Positions 12,501 through 24,500 of a DNA stretch of 64,000 nucleotides are shown here, one piece after another (the first letter of the stretch is position 1; each line of letters starts with the position of its first letter). The stretch is from assembly GCF_964355755.1 (NCBI RefSeq), contig NC_092678.1, forward strand, positions 7,394,422 to 7,458,421, written 5' to 3'. Source of the DNA: Antedon mediterranea (lineage: Eukaryota; Animalia; Echinodermata). The notes beneath the pieces were generated by a model. It worked only from the letters and a program-made list of their open reading frames with translations, had not been told where the DNA came from and ran no database searches. Position numbers and translations under genes: made by a program.

Positions 12501-15500
12501 ACCCTTTCCCCTGCCTACGGGCAAGTTACAAGTCACACACATGTATTTAGTTGAAAATGTAATACCAAAAGTGTATGCAGCATGTCACACAGTATGCTTC
12601 TACTAAACAAATGTGCCGTTCAATAGATATACTCTAGTTATACATTTTAATTTTTTATTTTTTATATTTGATTTTTATAGACTATTTAAATACTTACGAA
12701 AACAGTCGCTATGACGGGTGCAGCAAAGCTCCATATAAGTTTGTGATTCATCGATAACCAACAACTAAAAAACAAGTAATACAATTTTTTTTAAACAGAA
12801 GATAAAACTGTATTAAGGAATTTATTTCTAAATATAATTAATATACAATACCAAAAAATCCTCATTGTCACCCTATCTTTATTACAATAAAAACAAAAAG
12901 CATCCAATGTTTAGCTCAAAATCCCTACATTGGATTCATCACAACAAGTAACATTTAAAGATGTATTGTCCCCCAAAATCATGAGAAATAAAAATTTTTA
13001 AAATTGGACTTTGAATAGGCCATTTTGCAGTTTTAATGAAGTTGTTCACTTCCATAAGAAAAAAAAACGGGGGAAAAATTATTTCACCTATAAAAAGACA
13101 AAATAAACAGTTAAATTACCCAAAAACTCATTGTCTTCCAGACAATTTGATCATTTTTTTGCTTTAAATTACATTTTTCTCAGGTAAATAAATTTTTTTC
13201 AGACCCAATTTTTTGTGAGAGTGAAAAACTATTATGTGACATTAAAATAACATATTCAACAAAAATATTTAAAAAAATATTTTTTTAGGGGGACAATATA
13301 TCTTTAAGTCATTCCTCTTCCCAATCTTTAATAATTAATAATATTTACTAGAATTAATTAATTAGTTAATATGGTTGTGATCTCTCGCTTCCAATTATAA
13401 GTGACCGTACTACAATTCAATAATAGCGAGTTTAGTTTCTCAACAGTAGATGGCAAAGTTAACAGATCGCGACGTGAAACAGATATTCTATTCATGTTCC
13501 AGAATCGTCTTTTGTCTACTTTCGTAAAATGAAAGCTCGTTTTAATACTTTACAACAGTATTTAGCATGATGCATTCCTAATTAGCATAATGACACAAAC
13601 AACAACAACTTACAAGTGTTCATTGCTACTATTAATTTGCATATTGTATTCTTCAATGCTCAGCGGCACCGCCAGGCATACTATTATTCCCGGTATTCCG
13701 TATCCTACGAGGTAGTAAAACGTCATCTGGCCGTGATTTATGTTTCGTATTTCAGTCATCATGCGATACAAATGGAAGAATTCAATAAACATCCACGAGA
13801 AGACACTCAGCAGCGTAAAGTGTAGCGTGATGGCTACAAACGTACAGAAGGACTGCAGAAAAAATAAATATTTAAATGAATTGATTTACACTAGCTGATT
13901 GTAATCCAGATCGGTAGTTAACCGTTAACCTATGTCCTAGGAATAATAGAGAGCTTTCGACTGATGGTTTTTTTCGGTCCTCAGTAGACAAAAATCAAAA
14001 CTCACTAATGATCTATCAGGATAGCTTGATTTGATCAAGCACGCTAACGCTTATAAATTTGACCTCTGTTCCTTAATCAGTCTCTAGTATTTCTTTGGTG
14101 TAAAATCATAGTAATGAAATACAAAATTTCCAACCAAAAATTGTTATCTGAAAATATATATATTTCACAATGTCCTGTTTTCAGGAAATGCATAGCTAGA
14201 ATAGAAACAAATTTGGGAGAACAAATTTCATTTCAGTTTGGGGAGAAAGTATATAAAAAAAAATCTGCTTACCTCATTTGTACTGCTAATTCCAGCCATA
14301 AAGATAATCTCAGCAATTATGAGTGACAGAACAACGTTCACATGAATACTATTCAAGTTGGAGTACAGGTGCGAAAGACATGTGAAGCCAAACAGCGCAA
14401 CCATAAGGAAAATAACGGAGATGGTTAGACAGGTGTTGACCACGTAATCCAATACCATGCCTTCTGGATCAATTGCCTAAATAGAGAGAAAAAGTTTTAT
14501 TGACTGCATACAACTCCTTAGGTCTGAACTAGGAAAAGCAACTTGCTACTGATGATAACTTTATTACAAAATTCAAGGTGATAAATTTGTGTATGACCAG
14601 AACTATACAGTACACATTATGAGAATTTGACTAAAAAACAAAAACCAATTTAATTGGATAACAGTATTGTGTACCGATCATGGTCTAAAGCTTTGTCTAC
14701 ACTATCAAACTAGTTTGACAAAAAAAGTGTGATGTGTCCAAATATGGTAGTGTTATGACATCATGTCCATATATGGGCACATCACATTTTTTTGTCACGT
14801 TTGATAGTGTTGACAGACCTTAACAAAAGCATTAGTTGAGTACTTTACTGATGATACAACGCTAAATGACGTTGCTTTCTGATAAAAACCAAAACATTTG
14901 TAGGTCTGAACATATAACACTAATATCCTTCTGCTATGTACTGTACCTGTTGGTTAGAGGTCATTAACACCGCAAAGTTGGTCAAGTGAGTGCAAGCACA
15001 GGTCACTTTGTCCTTAGATTGACCTTCTAAAGCACAGCCTTTGCTTGACCAGCCCCCACTGCCATTGCTCCTTTAAGAAGTAAAATACAAGATCATTGAA
15101 ATATTCTTTTAAAATTATTGTTTTTATGAAATCATTTATTTAACAGACTAAGATGATTAACATTGTTTGCCAGATTTAAATTTTGATTTTGACTAAATCT
15201 CTGTCTACACTATCAAACATGATTGACAAAAAAGTGTAATGTGCCCAAATATGGTAGTGATATGACATCATTGTGTCCATATGGGCACATCAAATTTTTT
15301 TTCACAAAAGAATGAATGAATAAATGAGAAAGACAGAATGAAATGGTTTGTTATGCTTAATATTGCTAAAGAACATGATGTCAATTTAAAAAGTGATAAA
15401 CTACCACAAGGTAAGCAGTTCAAATCCCACGCTGCTCATTACCCACTAGCTATCACGATCAACTTATAGAGAATTAACGTAATGTCTGTAGAGTTTCAAA

Positions 15501-18500
15501 ACGTTAATATTACAACTGAATAAAATTATAATGAAATCGGATATTGATACTTACATTAGAAAGTCCCAAAACACACACTGTGGGTTTGTCTTGTTAACGT
15601 CTGTATTCAGTTTAAATTCAATGATGATGGGATCAGGTAAAGGATTGTTAACTGTGCCGTTAGCCAGAGCATCAAACAACGTCAGAGACACTACAGGTGT
15701 GTTGACAACAACGCTACACTCGGACTGACATGTCAAACTAATTGTTAAAAATAAAATATGTTTATAAATAGGTTTGTAGTGTGAATGTCAAGTCTGTACA
15801 GGATTGTTGAAAAGGGTTTCAACCATTTGAAATAGGAAGCTTTTTGAATTTGCAATGACTAACAGCCAAACTATGTCATGTTAATTTATTTACCTCCGCC
15901 AAGTAGGTATATTTAATCGATTGTGTGTGTTTGTTTGTTTGTTAGCAGGATTACTCAAAAAGATCTTTTTAACAAAATGAGTATACAGATAGATATGTGG
16001 TCAAGGACCATTCCATTAAATTTTGGGCCCACGGTTCCAATTCTGGACCACTTTTAATATACTTTTCAGACCTGCTAATGTTAAAAGATAGGACAGATTT
16101 TTCCAAAAGCCGGCGAGCAGTCTTAAAGTAACAAGTAAACTGAAATTGCATTTTCAAAAACTTCATTTTTGTACAAGAGACTTGATCTAGGTTGGTCCTT
16201 GGTTGTCATAAATCCAAAACTCCTTTATATTGATGGCCAAACAAATGCAGTACCCACTGCATAGCTTAATTTATCATGCACAATGCAGCAGATCAGCCCA
16301 CAGGGAGAAGATCAGTGCTTTGTTCAAACAGCATACAAAATTCTTTTTTTAAAATGGCATACGCATCTAACAGTGAGCAACTTGCCAATTACGGGATGAA
16401 TAAATGTATTTGAGGTTTAGGTTTAGCACTAGGTCAGGAATGAACCCTAGACCTTGGTATTTGAATGCAAGCAAGCACGGCTTAAATTCAGATCTGAAGG
16501 ATGAGAATCTTAAAGCACAAACTGGTATTAAACTCAGATTCTAGCCAGATAACTTACGGCGAAATATCAACCTACATAGTTACAGCTACGTAAACAAGAC
16601 AGTAATAGGAATAAACCATCAGCCCAATTATTAATATGGCTCTGCACAGCATCCAACTACATTGAATTTATGTAGAAATATTCACATTTCTATTTACTAT
16701 CAGATCCAACAAATCCATTTACGATGCAAGCGAGAGTCAAGAGAATTTAAACTACTTTGGAATGACTAGTTAAGGCAATATATATGTGAAGTTCAAGGCT
16801 GCTTAAATTTATCGTATCACTTGAAAATCGAATCTTTATCTTCAATCAAAACCGAAAATAAAATTTAACTAGAAAATAAATGATAGAGCTTGCACACTAA
16901 GTATGTTGTATTTAATCTATTTAGATGAAATCCATGAAGAACCGAAAATTGATAGGATTAAATCATGGAAATTATTGTTATATTGGTTTATGTGAAAGGT
17001 ATTTTCAAGTTCAAGAAGAACATATAACTAGCTAGACTAGAATGCGGTTCACATTCACATTTTATAAAATAAAGCGCAATTTACCAGGCTACGAAATTAT
17101 TACTTACTCTACGGTATCGTCTCCAACCATTGGTAATAACGCTCCAAGATCTGTGTATAGTATAAATGAGGCCACTGCTACATTCTCCCACATGCTGGAC
17201 AAGCCAGGACCGGATGTAACTGGTTTAGGCTGGATTGCAGACTTTGGCAGAAGGATGCGAGTTGTATCATCAACAATGTCATCCTTTTCATACTGAGGAA
17301 TTGTTGTCATATTTGATATGTTTCTTTCTAAAAACTGAAATCTCATAACTGAAAGAAACAAAATATAAATGTCACTTAAATTGTAAGTTTCCTGGACTTT
17401 CTGCATTTATTCATTGTAGTAAAATCTCAACAGTTTTTAGAACTAAAATATGTGGTGTACCACAAATCAAAATATAAAAGTAAACAGAACATAAACATAT
17501 TCCATCTTGAAACAGATGAAGGAGACAAAAAGTTATGTTTTACTTTAAATTACTAACTTAAACCTACTGCACAAGTGTTTACTTAATAGGAAAGTATTAA
17601 AATGATATCAAAAACTTTTCTCTGCCTTATTGTCAGACTGAAAGCTAAATTGACCAAAGACTGTCTGCTTCTACTATCCAGGAACGAAAATTCATTAAGT
17701 ACACTTACCAACAGTATCCGTGGCGTAAGTAAAATTTGGCGTGTATGTGATGGAGTCGGATTCACGTGGAATATTTATTGAAAACAGTTCAAAGTTTTTC
17801 ATAATGTCTACAGTGCCTTTAGACTGCTTTTGAATAACCGACCAATGGTAGTAGTTGTCGTCGTCCAACAAATGGTTCAGACTCGATATAACTTTCTATA
17901 ATAAAAAACATACTTTTATAAGGAACCATGTCAAAATGATTGTACTGCAATTACTGCAGTAACAACAATTATTCAATTATTTAGCAAGCTGGGAGGTGAT
18001 CATACACACTATTTATTTCAGTGAATGATTGATTACAAACTTGATGAGCAAATTAAATGCAAAAGCATAAGTGTAAAATCTTTAAATATCAATTCAAACA
18101 ATATCTTATCTCATTTTATATTTAACTTAATTTACAATGCCGTGTTTTATCATATATGCAAAAACCGGTAATGTACGTTATTTTATTTTATAATGTTCGC
18201 CTATATTTGCTTTGTGTAAAATATTTATCTTATTTGTATAATGTATTGTCCTGTCTTTGTCATGTTTTTTTGCTCATTTGGTTTTTTCCCTCCGTTTTTG
18301 CTTTATCTTAACCACCAATCAAATTATCTTATAAATATGCAATTTTGAAAATAAATTATAACTTGAAACTAAACTTGTTAAAAAATTTAAAAACTTGAAA
18401 AAACTTTAAATTTATGCCAGAAAAACAATTCAGCTACTGTAGTACTATAATTCGGATATAATCCTTATTGTTATGTTTCCATGGTAGAGAACGCTTACAA

Positions 18501-21500
18501 TAATTACATTATGGATGCAAAATGAAAGAATTTAATATATTCATTGCGTTGCCTGAATACTAATGTCATTAATTAAATACATACCTTGTAATTCATTTAC
18601 GACATGACAATTAATAATGTTTGTGTAAACACACTGTCATTTATAGCTACGTTTCCATAGTAACAATAATATCAAATATATTCTCAATGAAAATTTAATC
18701 CATTAATGATTATAATACATATAACACTATTATGTACATAGACTTAGAGTACATGTAAACAATTATCCAAAAACAGTTGGGTTATATACGATGGACGGGA
18801 AAAATTAATGCTTTAAAATGTTAAAAATGAGTACTCTTAGTACAACCACTATTAAGCGGACATCTTCAGGACCAAATAAAGTGTCTTAACATTAAGTGTT
18901 TACTTAACAGATGTGTCCCCTGTACACATAACATAGTAACTCGTCAATTACAGGATGGATAAACTATTTAATAATTTATCGCGCTTATAAACTAAGTCTC
19001 ATTTGAGGCTTAGGGAGTGGAGTTGAAGGAGTCGTGAGTTACAACCCTGGCACTGGTGAGGATTGAACCCTGGATCTTGGAAGGCAAGCATGTTAACCAC
19101 CAACCAGCTCCATTACCAATGTCACCTGACTAGCAGAATAGAGGTGTCTATTGAAGAAGTTGGACCTTACCCCAATGAATGTGCTTTCTTGTGTAGCTGT
19201 TACATCTAACCCTTTCTGCTTACTCTCATGTTCCAACACAAGGTTCATCAACTTATAGCTGATGTTTACATCATTCCCGTACAGTTTACCAGTTTTCTGC
19301 AGTGCACTTTCTAGCGAATTTACGATTTCGATAGAAAGCGTTTTGTTCAGCTTCTGGCCACTGTCTAAATACCTCAACTAAATGATGAAAGAAAAAATAT
19401 ATATAAATAATATATAGGCTTATTGCTGTGGTACATAATAAAACTTGCGCAAGCTCAACTGTATACACACCAGCCTGTGCATTTTCTTTTTGTTTTTGTT
19501 CAGTTTCTGGCCTAAATAGCTAAAAACACATGCGTAAGTTCAGTGGTCTAGCTAGTGGTGTTACCTTTCTTCCTTCTGCCTATTGTTAAATAAACGATTT
19601 CAAAATGTCAATACCTGTGTCAAGATTAAATACAAACAAATCAGATAACAATTGGTTCAAATTGACCTTTGACATACCTTTTCTAACGGGTCAATGAAGT
19701 TAATTGATGTACATGAGAACAGGTCTGGTGTAAGCCATCCAATATTGATATCGCATCCACGAGCTGCTTCTCCGATTGTACCATTGGGACAACGAACGAC
19801 TGCTACTTTATCGAACTTGGTACGTGGCCACCATAAGCCCTCTTTGTATCGACGTGGACAGGAATCGTATATTACTATGAAAATAAACAAGAAAATGTAC
19901 ATTCAATTTTATAAAGCAATGATCATATTTTAAAGTTTATACCTGAACTAAAAATATGATTGTTTTGTGTAATTGTGATTACCGAAATATGTATAATTTG
20001 CATCTGAAATTATTAAAATAAAAAAAATATTTTGATTTTTACTGCAATTTCAATAATAAACAAACCTTCACATCCTTTCCCTTTTATAACCTCTGCAAAC
20101 GGATCGGTGCATTCATCGCAATGCTGCCCTATCACGCCATTAAGACAGTAACACTGCCCTTTCTCATCGCACTCTGCTCGATACGAACCAGGATCATAGC
20201 AATTGCAGGGAAGGCACTCTTCCTCTTTTCTGTAGTGATAAGCCTAAACAAGAAATATTATGATTACTGACATTGAAAAGTATTATAAAATAGATGTAAA
20301 AATTAACAATTTTTTCCGGGGCCATCAAATCGTGTAGCCGCGCAGTTACGGCAAACTATATCTATACAATCGGCACATGTTTAAGGCTCTCTTGAAAAAG
20401 TTGAGTAGTTTCAATACACATCTGGTTTGCGCATCTTTCGGAAAAGTAGTATGGGGACAGACGAATGAGCACTGTTTGGTGGCATCTATATGACATGAAG
20501 TGGAGAAAAAGATTGTTGTATGCGTCATCCACACCTGTGCGCAATTCAGTCCAGAAGGCTGCGAGTCACAGATTATTCTTCCACATACATTTAGAAAACA
20601 TTTCGAGACCATATCAAGTAACAATATGCTACATTTTGTTAGATTGTTATAGGTTATTAGTATATATCATGTATATTATGTATATATCAATATACTGTAT
20701 AATATTACTTCATGCCTACTCTCTACAGTTAATACAAGTAGGTAAGAGTGCAACATTATATTTATGGCCTGTGTGACCTCGTAAAAGAGAGCAAAGTAAA
20801 TTAGCATTCGGCTCAAATGAATATTTAAAGATGTGGGCAATTTGAAGGTTTTCTTCTGCATAGGTTATAATTTACAGTTATTTTTGAATAAATTACAAAT
20901 TATAGCGCATTAACTTTCTGCTTTATCTAACTAACAGAAATATATTAGACTTTCTTTGAATCAGGTTTGCTACTTAGTATAAACAAAACAGTGCCTGAAA
21001 TATGTATAGCTGAAATATTAATTAAATTTGTAAATTAAAATTGTTATGCTAATTAGGCTGGAGTACAAACAGTCAATTACAATGTTGTTGCAGGGCTGGG
21101 AAAACGTATACTCTTCCAGACAGTACAATACAGAAATAGGGTGTTTAATGAATTTAAAGTTATATATTACTCTTTGATAAGAGAAGGGCTATCGATGGTT
21201 TATCCAGGTAAGCTAGGCATGATATCTATATGTACTATCTTATAATGTATTCAAATGAAACTATTATTACATTAAAATAAGAAACTTACTCTACAGGTAC
21301 ACTCTCCAGTAGTTTTGTTACACGCTGAATTCTCACTCAGATTAGGATCGCAGTTACACGGCCCGCAAATCGGGAATCCCCATAGCCCATCGCTGCACTG
21401 TTCAACACGATTTTCACAATGATCTCCATAAAAGGACGAGGAACATTCACATCCGTAGCCCATTTCAGTGTTGCGATTTAAAGAACATTCTGAGCCGTGC

Positions 21501-24500
21501 TGGCAAACGTCTAGGTCACATGCTTCGGTACAGGTAGGGCCAAAATGAGCTGCAAAAATAAATGAGAAAAATCTTTTAGAAATTAAAGAAAATAAAATTA
21601 TTGCAACAAAACAATATTCAATATGGTTATTGATACATATGTGAATGAATTATGGTTATATTTCTAATACAAAATAATTTGTTATTGTTCAAACAAATTC
21701 CAAGTTCGAATCTCTGTTTTGTTTTTCTTCTTAACACTTTCACCGCCAAAGACGGAAATCTCCGTCTTTCGATGCCCAGCGCCAGACCGCAAAAGACGGA
21801 AATTTCCGTCTTTGGCTTTTTATTGCACAATTTGTTAGATCAGGTATATATGGACCGCATGTAGAAATTTCAACATCCAAATCGATCTGGACCGCAAATA
21901 TTTTGATACTTTATTAACCCCTAGTGCCATTGACCCAGCTGGCCTACATCGCGTCCTATCCGTAAACAACATAATGTGCTTACTGCAGACGAAGCAATTG
22001 CAGAAATATTTGCCGACTCTGACTCTGAAAATGAGTATTTATTATCCCCAGATGATGAAGGTATATTTGTACCTAAATCTGGTTTATAAAATGTAATAAA
22101 TAATTGGAGAAAATTTAGTGACACTGACAGACGGTGCAGCCAGGCTAAAAACCTCATTATCTTTGCTTTGTTCTCCGATTGAGCCTAAAGTGCTAAAAGT
22201 GAGCCAAGTTCTTTGTACAATTATGTGGTATTACAGTTTTATTTCAATAAAGTGTTTGGTACCATTGGAAAGTTTATTTCTATCTCATTATTTGAGTGTA
22301 TATTGCATGTTATTCTGATTACAAACACCTTTGCTATGAGCTTTGAAAAACAGGTAAATTTATCTAAAATGGCTGGCGGTGAGGGGTACTTCCTTTATTG
22401 AATGCCTGGCGGTGAATATAAAATAATAATAATAATAATAAATAATAATATAAAAATCAAATAAGAAAATAATTGAATAAGTATACCTTGTATAATTTCA
22501 TAAAAAAATTACCATACAAAATATGTATTGTACCTGTAAACTGCAAATATGACAGTATCAATTATTATATAATTATTCTTCAAAACCCATACTTTGAAAT
22601 TGTCAACATTACGTTATGACACCCACGAGAGCAATAAGGCTTTAGCTTCCCTTCATAACAGCATAAATTCTCGTATTTAGATAGGCCTAGATAATTACAC
22701 ACTGAGGAATTATTGCCTTGTACTGTTACATCTTGTATTTGTGATGCGCAAAAGGTGACAAAAAAGTGAGCATTGATCATACCCAAGCATATTATAAAAG
22801 TTGCTGCGCTGCCATTTAAAAGAATGGTTTAGGTGTTGGCCAAGACTCTCGTTTTAAAGCAAATTATTGAATAAATGTAGCCAAGTTATAAAAGAAATAA
22901 TTATGTTTTATATTCGTACAATAGAACAAATAATTATTTGTTTTATTTTTTACCTCATGAAATTATTTGTACCATTGCACTCGTAAACATTGTATAATAG
23001 GTAAATAACATTAATAGATGCAAATGATGTGTGTACTGATTTATGCTGGTTTTATGAATTTACAAAAGATGTTATCATACTAATGATGACTAATAATTAA
23101 AATTGAAATCGATCAACAAAAAACGTGCCAGATGTATTAAAGTACAGCGACTGAATGAGTAAACACGTACAAAGACACAGTTCAAAATCCATTGCCGCGG
23201 CTTATCAGTCAACTAATTGTATTGAAAACGAATGTCTCAAGTGGGTTTATAGTCACAACAATATTTACATTTATATATTCAAAATTGCTTTATATCATAT
23301 CATTGTAAATTTATTTATACATCAAAAATATCCTTCCAAATTTAAAGAATGGATAATTTACAGACAAGCTGTAAAACAGTTTTAAAATATACAAGTAAAA
23401 AGTTTATTAAAATTAATGATTACAGGAGAGGTAACATGAATTTGATCGTAACATTTCACATTTAACAGATTTTTTTTGTAATATCAATCTATAAAATCAT
23501 TTTAATATTATTATAAATTGTCATTAACTTCTAAAAAATGTTGAAATTAAGGCTGAGGTGGTGTTGATGGCTGAGGTGGTGTTGATGGCTGAGGTGGTGT
23601 TGATGGCTGAGGTGGTGTTGATGGCTGAGGTGGTGTTGATGGCTGAGGTGGTGTTGATGGCTGAGGTGGTGTTGATGGCTGAGGTGGTGTTGATGGCTGA
23701 GGTGGTGTTGATGGCTGAGGTGGTGTTGATGGCTGAGGTGGTGTTGATGGCTGAGGTGGTGTTGATGGCTGAGGTGGTGTTGATGGCTGAGGTGGTGTTG
23801 ATGGCTGAGGTGGTGTTGATGGCTGAGGTGGTGTTGATGGCTGAGGTGGTGTTGATGGCTGAGGTGGTGTTGATGGCTGAGGTGGTGTTGATTGCTGAGG
23901 TGGTGTTGATGGCTGAGGTGGTGTTGATGGCTGAGGTGGTGTTGATGGCTGAGGTGGTGTCGATGGCTGAGGTGGTGTCGATGGCTGAGGTGGTGTCGAT
24001 GGCTGAGGTGGTGTTGATGGCTGAGGTGGTGTTGATGGCTGAGGTGGTGTTGATGGCTGAGGTGGTGTTGATTGCTGAGGTGGTGTTGATGGCTGAGGTG
24101 GTGTTGGTGTTCTGTATGGCCAAAAGTTAGACCCCATTGGGATATGAACCTAAACCTTGTAAATAATAGGCAAACATAACCACCAAGCTGATACATTTCG
24201 CTTATAATTCTGCTTCTACGGTAATCATTTTAAATACGACATTTTGTATTTTATCCATATCTTTTCCTGATTTTTTTTTTATTTAAAAAAATTAATTAAA
24301 GTAAGATTTATAGAAAAAGTCTGTAGAGAGTCGTCAGAAAAAAGAAAGATATTGATTGATAATACAACATTTAGAACTCGGCTTAATGTTTTTTTCTTTT
24401 GACAGCTTAATTAAATTCTACATCAGAACACCTTCCGAGTGTCTGCAACAAACAATCCTCATTCGTTTGTTGACATTTGACAAGACAAACGTAAATCACA

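Noticed and set aside
16558-16585. Possible small exon with GTAAGT donor in the GAIN intron
   Set aside because: Both acceptors give 14 or 28 nt, causing a frameshift or stop, and the flanking exons already join in frame. A poison exon cannot be excluded.
23524-24196. Four long ORFs (190-221 aa)
   Set aside because: Artefacts of a stop-free 18-bp repeat inside an intron; no unique coding sequence or splice support.
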